Source: Candidatus Goldiibacteriota bacterium
Lineage (GTDB): Bacteria; Oederibacteriota; PGYV01; DSYL01
Direction of reading: 5' to 3'
Length of the DNA: 45,036 nucleotides
NCBI GenBank assembly: GCA_026418955.1
Contig: JAOAAI010000014.1
Coordinates: forward strand, 1 to 45,036
Position numbers and translations under genes: made by a program. Below, piece by piece: positions 35,432 to 42,500 of this stretch; the stretch's first letter is position 1; each line of letters opens with the position of its first letter. The notes beneath the pieces were generated by a model that was not told the DNA's origin, did not search any database, and saw only the letters and a program-made list of their open reading frames with translations.

Positions 35432-38400
35432 ATGAAAAAATTGTCTCTGGTTTTTATTCTTTTTCTTTTTATTATGTCTTTACCCGGCGCAAATCTTATT
35501 AAAAACGGAAATTTTGAACAAGATGAAAATTCAGATGGCATCCCTGATAACTGGCTTCTTGATGATTTTAATAACATTAAACTTATTTCTGAAAATGAAA
35601 ATAAATTTATTAAACTTTCAAACAGCAATCCTAAATACACGGGACTTTCACAGTATCTGCTAATTGAACAGGAAAAATTAAAATCAATTCTTGTAAAGGC
35701 AAAGGTAAAATTAAATAATGTTATTAAAGGAAAAGAGGACTGGGCTTATGCAAGAGTTTTAGTGCTTTTTTTTGATAAAAATGGAAATCAAATAGGCGGC
35801 TGGCCAGAACTCGGAAGATGGTCAGGAACTTTTAATTGGTCAGAAAAAATGAACATATTGAATGTTCCTGCTGAAACAAAAACAATAAAAGTTGAAATTC
35901 AATTATCAAATTGCATAGGTGAAATGTTGATTGATGATTTATCCATTGAAAAAGGGAGTTCATTTAATATACCTTCTGAGCCGGATAATTTAATAATAAA
36001 TGGTGATATGGAATATGGCTCTACCCTGCCTCTTTACTGGGGCGGATGGGTTTCTGGTAAAACTTCTTTTATTAATCCGGGATATGATTCTTCCACAGCA
36101 TTTATGATAGAAAATGAAAATCCAGGTTATTCTATGATAACACAACAAATCCCGGTTGATACATCAATAATTAAAAGCATTAGAATTTCCGGTTATTTAA
36201 AAATAGAAAATGTGGAGCAAGGCGTAAACCCCTGGGAAAAAGCAAGAATAAGCGTTGAATTTCACGATGAAAAAGGAAGAATCGGTGACTGGCCACCAAC
36301 AGTCGGCGAATTAATAGGAACTGATGATGAGTGGATTTACCTTTCCCGAGATTATTCCCTGCCTAATGGCACTAAATCAATAATTGTTGGTGCTGGACTT
36401 TTAAACTGCAAAGGCAAAGTTTTTATTGATAAAATAAAAGTTACAGGTTTTGATGAAAAAGGAAGACCAGTTAAAGCAAATCTATTTAAAGAAGAAGATA
36501 AATCAAACTGGTTTGTATTTGAAGGAAAAAAAGATGATTATTCAAGTGACGCTATAATTGATTTTACAGAATCTCTTGATAAACCGGCTGGCAAACATGG
36601 ATTTATAACAGTTAATAAAAACGGCGAACTTATTTTTGAAGACGGTGAAAGAGCAAAATTTTTCGGAACCAACCTAGTAGATGGTGATATATTCAGAAGT
36701 TATGAAGAAATTGATAAAATGGTAAAACGTCTTGCAAAACTTGGAGTTAACATAATAAGATTGCATCATATGGATGCTTATTGGGGCGAACCAAATATTT
36801 TTGACAAAACAAAAAATTCAACCCGTAATTTTTCAGAAGATTCATTAAATAAATTGGATTATTTAATTTATAAATTAAAAGAAGCAGGAATTTATGTGTT
36901 TCTTGACCTGCTTGTCCACCGCAAATTAAAAAAAGACGATGGTATTGAAAACTTTGAAAAAATCCCAGCTGGATTTAAAGAAGTAATTTTTATTGATGAA
37001 AAATTACAGGAATTAACAAAAGAATACATAAAAAATCTTTTAGAACACGAAAACGCCTATACAAAAGTAAAATATAAAGATGAGCCGGCGATTGTTTTTA
37101 TGGAAATAATAAATGAAAGTTCAATTTTTTACTGGGATAGAAACTCAGATATTCCTTCATTTTACACTGAAAAATTAAATAAACTTTTTAATGATTACCT
37201 AAAAAATAAATATGGAACTATGGATAATTTAAAAAAAGAATGGGATAAATATGGCTATAATAATTTAAATTCCGGCGAAGATTTTAATAAAAACACAGTA
37301 AAAAGAGAAAATTTTAAATTAAACTGGGAAGATTTTAGATATTTTGCAGCTCCAAACTGTCCAGGAAGAGCAGCTGATACAAAATTATTTTATTATGAAA
37401 CTGAAAAAAGAATGTATGATGATTTTTATAATTTTATAAAATCTCTTGGAGTAAAAGCTCTTGTAACTGGCAGTAATCACTGGGAATTATGGGATGCAGA
37501 TATTTATGCAAACAGCAAATACGATTTTATAGACCGGCATTCTTACTGGGATCATCCATCCGGTGGCTGGACCTTACAGGAAAATATATCATTTAAAAAT
37601 CTGCCTTTACTAAAATCAAAATATAATTGTATTTCAGAACTCGCTCATACAAGGGTATTTAAAAAACCTTTCACAGTGAGTGAATGGAACTTTTTAATGC
37701 CAAATGAATATAGAGCAGGTGCCCCTGTTATTATGGCTGCCTATGGAAAATTCCAGGGCTGGGATGCACTTTTACAGTTTAATTTCACAAATTACGAATG
37801 GAAAAAAGAATTGACTGCTTTCTGTGATTTTTCATCATCACCGGATATCCTTTCATTCTGGTTCCCGGCTATTATGATTTTTAGATATAACTATTTAAGT
37901 GAAAGTAAAGAACAATTCATTGAATATATATCAAAAGATGATATATTTTATAACACAGAAACTTCTTTTAAATTTATAAATAATGATTTCACAATACCCA
38001 CTTTAATAAAAATCGCGAAAACCTATGAAAAAGAAAATGAAAGTAAAAATTTTTCTCCTTCTTTAAAAAAAGATGCTGCGCTTTCTTTAAATGGCGAGTT
38101 GTATTTAAATTATAAGAAAGGCGTGTTTCAGATAAACGCTGATAAAATTCAGGGAGCCATTGGATTTTTAAAAAATAACAATTTAAGATTTAAAAACTTA
38201 AAACTAAATTGCTCCAATAAATACGCTGCTGTTTTTATAACTTCACTTGATAATAAATCACTGTTAAAATCGGAAAAAATCATTTTAAACACATCAGCAC
38301 GGGTTGAAAATTCCGATATGAAATTTACCCCTGCACACACTTCAATAATTTATGGCGGCAATTCACCAATTATATTAGAGCCTGTTTATGCCACTTTAAA

Positions 38401-38563
38401 TATAAGTGTTTCAAAATTTAAAAATGTTAAAATATTTAAACTGGATGAAAATAACTATATAAAGGAAGAATATAAGAATTTTAAAATTATTGATAATGTT
38501 ATAAAAATAACCCTTGATGAAAAATCAAAGGTATTAAATTACTTAATAGATATTCAAAGATAA
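35432..38563 (+). CDS. Secreted clan GH-A (GH5-like) glycoside hydrolase with two N-terminal CBM4_9-like modules
   Basis: 1043 aa with a signal peptide. Two NLI(K/I)NG(N/D)(F/M)E...W modules. The TIM-barrel signature has IIRLHH, EIINES (acid/base NE), DRHSYWDH and VSEWNF (nucleophile E). It starts 14 nt after the kinase stop, with RBS AAAGGAG. Confidence 0.6.
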   Translation: MKKLSLVFILFLFIMSLPGANLIKNGNFEQDENSDGIPDNWLLDDFNNIKLISENENKFIKLSNSNPKYTGLSQYLLIEQEKLKSILVKAKVKLNNVIKGKEDWAYARVLVLFFDKNGNQIGGWPELGRWSGTFNWSEKMNILNVPAETKTIKVEIQLSNCIGEMLIDDLSIEKGSSFNIPSEPDNLIINGDMEYGSTLPLYWGGWVSGKTSFINPGYDSSTAFMIENENPGYSMITQQIPVDTSIIKSIRISGYLKIENVEQGVNPWEKARISVEFHDEKGRIGDWPPTVGELIGTDDEWIYLSRDYSLPNGTKSIIVGAGLLNCKGKVFIDKIKVTGFDEKGRPVKANLFKEEDKSNWFVFEGKKDDYSSDAIIDFTESLDKPAGKHGFITVNKNGELIFEDGERAKFFGTNLVDGDIFRSYEEIDKMVKRLAKLGVNIIRLHHMDAYWGEPNIFDKTKNSTRNFSEDSLNKLDYLIYKLKEAGIYVFLDLLVHRKLKKDDGIENFEKIPAGFKEVIFIDEKLQELTKEYIKNLLEHENAYTKVKYKDEPAIVFMEIINESSIFYWDRNSDIPSFYTEKLNKLFNDYLKNKYGTMDNLKKEWDKYGYNNLNSGEDFNKNTVKRENFKLNWEDFRYFAAPNCPGRAADTKLFYYETEKRMYDDFYNFIKSLGVKALVTGSNHWELWDADIYANSKYDFIDRHSYWDHPSGGWTLQENISFKNLPLLKSKYNCISELAHTRVFKKPFTVSEWNFLMPNEYRAGAPVIMAAYGKFQGWDALLQFNFTNYEWKKELTAFCDFSSSPDILSFWFPAIMIFRYNYLSESKEQFIEYISKDDIFYNTETSFKFINNDFTIPTLIKIAKTYEKENESKNFSPSLKKDAALSLNGELYLNYKKGVFQINADKIQGAIGFLKNNNLRFKNLKLNCSNKYAAVFITSLDNKSLLKSEKIILNTSARVENSDMKFTPAHTSIIYGGNSPIILEPVYATLNISVSKFKNVKIFKLDENNYIKEEYKNFKIIDNVIKITLDEKSKVLNYLIDIQR

Positions 38564-38576
38564 ATTGATTTTAAAT

Positions 38577-39485
38577 CTAAAATTCAACCGCAACTGACAC
38601 TATATGCTCCGGATCAAAACCACCATCCTGCCATATTTTAGGTAAAAAAGCATAATCAAATTTTATCATCATATCATTTATTACAGATTTAACCCCACCG
38701 CCTGCGGTAAATCCATTTAAACTTTTCTGCTCTATTAGATAACCCGCTCGAATAGAAAACATACCATCATACATATATTCAATCCCTATTCCTCCCTGAA
38801 TCTCACTTTCTGTTATATTATATTTAACATCCCCACTTATTGCAACTATATGGTCTTTTATTTTTATGGCTTCATAATTTATTCCTGCGCCTACCTTTAA
38901 AGGCAATTTTGTCTCTTCACTATCATATTTTAAACCGGTCCCTATATTCTGTCCTGCTATACCTAAACTTATTTTTTTACCCAGATAATACAAAATCCCT
39001 ATATCAAAACCAAAAGCAGATGATGAATAATCCCCAATCTGACTGCTTAAGTATTTTATACTTACCCCTGCAAGCAATTCTTTTGTAAATGCATAACTGT
39101 ATCCAAGTATTCCAGCAATATCATATATTTTTATTATCCCCTCTTCCACTGCATTATTTATGTCATCCTGTATTGCGCTGTGTATTATTCCTATGCCAAA
39201 AGAACCTATACCTTCTACCGGCGCAACTAAAGTTATCATAGCATTTCTAATATCCGCCACATTTTTATCATATGTAAATCCCATCTCATAACTGCCTATA
39301 TTTGCTAGCCCTGCTGGATTATAAAATATGGTATTTACATCATCTGCCTTTGCAATAAAAACCCCTGCCATTGATGCAGGTCGTGCTCCTGTTGCCATAT
39401 CAAATATAACACCGCCTGCTTCACCAGCAGCATAAAGATTAAAACAAATAAATAAACCAAGTAAAGTTAAATATGTTTTTTTCAT
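38577..39485 (-). CDS. PorV/PorQ-family-like outer-membrane beta-barrel protein
   Basis: 302 aa with a signal peptide. The N-terminal TGARPASMAGVFIAKADDVNTIFYNPAGLA matches the family hallmark as I recall it. Alternating beta-strand pattern and a C-terminal aromatic residue (VAVEF). RBS GAGGAGG. It starts 19 nt after the giant gene's stop. Confidence 0.6.
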   Translation of the reverse strand: MKKTYLTLLGLFICFNLYAAGEAGGVIFDMATGARPASMAGVFIAKADDVNTIFYNPAGLANIGSYEMGFTYDKNVADIRNAMITLVAPVEGIGSFGIGIIHSAIQDDINNAVEEGIIKIYDIAGILGYSYAFTKELLAGVSIKYLSSQIGDYSSSAFGFDIGILYYLGKKISLGIAGQNIGTGLKYDSEETKLPLKVGAGINYEAIKIKDHIVAISGDVKYNITESEIQGGIGIEYMYDGMFSIRAGYLIEQKSLNGFTAGGGVKSVINDMMIKFDYAFLPKIWQDGGFDPEHIVSVAVEF

Positions 39486-39504
39486 ATTACTTCCTCCTCG
39501 TAAA

Positions 39505-42500
39505 TTATTTAATTATTGCAACTTTTAAAACCTCTATCACTTCCCCAATTTTTATCCTTATTAAATATACTCCCGCTGCCACTTTTTGACCAGCATCATT
39601 TCTACCATCCCAGGCTATATCATCATCTATTGATACTTTTTCTATTAATTTTACCAATTTACCGTTTCTTGTATAAATCATTACTTTTACTTCCTTACCT
39701 TTATATTTTTCCGGTATTCTTATTATAATTGATTCGTTCTTTGAAATATTTATAAGATTTTTGTTCAATACCAGCTTATCAACCGGCAACGGTGTTGGAG
39801 TTATTGTAGGTGTCTCTGTTATTGTTGATGTATTTGTAATAGTGAATGTATTTGTTGGTGAATAAGTTTGTGTATAGGTAGATGTATTTGTCGGTGTATT
39901 CGTGTTTGTCCCTGTTGGCGGCTGACTCCCTGTTACTGTTTCTGTCGGAGTTGATGTATTCGTAAATGTTAAAGTATTTGTGGCTGTGTATGTGGCTGTA
40001 TGTGTATTTGTTTCAGTTGCTGTATTCGTAGTAGTAAAAGTAAATGTTGATGTATTTGTAACTGTAAAAGTATAAGTTTGTGTTCCGGTAAATGTTGAAG
40101 TATTTGTACTTGTTTCTGTTGATGTTAAAGTTGATGTCCAAGTTGATGTATGAGTTAAAGTAGATGTTGATGTATTTGTTATAGTTGATGTTGGTGTATT
40201 TGTATTTGTTGGCGTGTTTGTATTCGTATATGTCAAAGTAAATGTTTTAGAAGGCGTCTGAGTAAATGTGTATGTATGTGTTTTTGTATATGTATAAGTA
40301 TATGTACTTGTCTCGGTAAAAGTATTTGTCGGCGTATTTGTAAACCATGTACCAGTTGGTGTTTCTGTTGGCGTTCCTGTAATTGTTGGCGTTGGTGTAA
40401 TTGTAGAAGTTGCAATATAAACTAACCAGGAATATCCGGTTGAATATAAGTTATTCTGATTATCCCTCACATTAATTGATATTTGAGCTAAATTACCTGG
40501 TGTTCTTACGGCAACAGGTAATCTGAATTTATATCTTCTTTCATTTAAACCTGTATCTATGTGATCAACATCCACTCCAGGATATCCACCAACTAAAATA
40601 TCCGGTTCTCCCTGCAATCCAGACCCTAAAATTTTATCTGATATTGAAAAATAAAGATAATCATTATTTGGATCAACAATGACACCGCCTATTACCGGGT
40701 TCAAATAACCAACATATGGATAGTATTTATCCTTAGATGGATTTATACTTAAATTCAAATCCTGATTTATTCTATTGGCTCCATTTACATAAACCGGTAA
40801 TTCTGCTTCATTAAAGAAATAACCCTGGGATTTAATTAAATAATTACCATCCTCAATAAAATTACCTGTTATATAAGATGTCTCGCCGCTTCCAAAATCA
40901 TAAAATTTTAATACTCCACCTCCCATATCTTTCAAAACCCAAACACTTGCTCTTGCCATTATTTCATCCAATGTTTTTCCTGCAAAATATTGATTACCTG
41001 AAATTGAATAGCCATTATTTATATGAATAACTGTTGATGCTGTCCCTGTAATTACATCGTATGCTCTTCCTAAAAATAATGGCGAACCACCCATACTGTT
41101 CAAATCAATAGCAATCAAATCATAATACATAAATTGTGAAGGAACACCGACATTAAAATTTCCACTTGCCGAACTAAGTCCCATATAAACAAATGCATTA
41201 TCATCAAACAAATTAGCGGTTCCTGATACTAAAGCTGCAATAATTACTTTTGATAAATCTGGATAAAGTCCAGTATGATCAATAATCTGACCTGAAATCG
41301 TAGCATCAATATTTGGTCCAGAAAAATTCACAACCTTATTCCCATTTACCTGCACATTCTTTTGGGGCACCCAGATAGAAGGACCTGACCCTGCAATAAA
41401 ATCAAAAATGCCTGTTGGAATATTTCTTATTTCATAGGTGTTTCCATTTAAATCAACTTTATAATAATCACTAATTGGACTATTATCTCCAAATTTTGTG
41501 CCACCCGCCAATTGAACTCTTATTTCTGTTCCATATAAAGATGTAGGATTTAAAACACCATTTACAGTCCAGCCAGATTCAATCGTAAAATTCACAGAAG
41601 TTGTAAATCCATCTCTAACATTAATATTTTCTTTATAAGCCATAGCCTGATTTGCCTCATACCATTTATTTGTTCCTGTTTGTTTAGCATAAACAATATA
41701 ATTTCCTGGCTCTAAATTATGAATTTCATAACTTGAATTCACATTATTACAATTGCCTATCCAATCATTATTTATATATGGATCCAAAACTACAATATCC
41801 ACATTATTTAATGCTCCAGTAATAGTTCCTGCAATTACGCCTTCCTTGTATACATCAAAATCATTACCCGGTAAAAATTGACCTTGTGAAATAATTTTCA
41901 CAGGTGTTTGAAGTACTTTTGTAGTTCTACCATATGCCCAATCAGAAGCACAACCCTGATACCAATATCTTATTGCTCGTAAACTTGTAATAGGCAAATT
42001 AACTGGAACTCTTATTTGGTAAAATCCTGTTGAATTTGTTGTTGATGAATTTATGAATTGATTTCCACTTCTTGCTTCTACATTCACTCCCGAAAGACCA
42101 CTTGACCCAACACCAATAAGATTTAAAATACCAGCAATATATCCTGTTTGTAATATTTCAATTTTTAATTGATATGGTTGGGTAGAAGATGAATTATAAT
42201 GACTTCTAACTTTTACTATGTAATTCCAATCTTCATTAATATGTGAATATATATCTACATATACTACTGCAGAATTTCCACCTGAAGCGCCTGCTGAACC
42301 TTTATAATTCCAACCACCAAACATATTTTCTTCTAATACTTCTATTGAATAATAAAAAGACCCTTTTGGAACTTCCAAAGTTATTTTTAAAATATCCTTG
42401 TAAGGATCATTTTGTGCATTCAAAACTTTAAATTTATAACAATCATTATCTGTAGAATTAGCTATATATCCTATCCCTTTTTTATTAAGATAATTTGGTA

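Noticed and set aside
34713-35640. Minus-strand ORFs 34713-35108 (131 aa) and 35407-35640 (77 aa)
   Set aside because: They are antisense to the histidine kinase catalytic region and the glycosidase signal peptide, both of which have clear motifs. They have no RBS.
39790-40413. Thr-rich tract interpreted as a recent DNA-level VNTR or an assembly collapse
   Set aside because: The units are not identical at the nucleotide level (mixed Thr codons, varied X codons), so a collapsed or slipped simple repeat is unlikely. Read-level length variation still deserves a check.
40233-40415. 60-aa minus-strand alternative-frame ORF (MQLLQLHQRQQLQERQQKHQ...) inside the Thr-rich tract
   Set aside because: It is an out-of-frame reading of the ACN-NNN periodic region of the giant gene. 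The main frame is continuous for more than 1836 codons.
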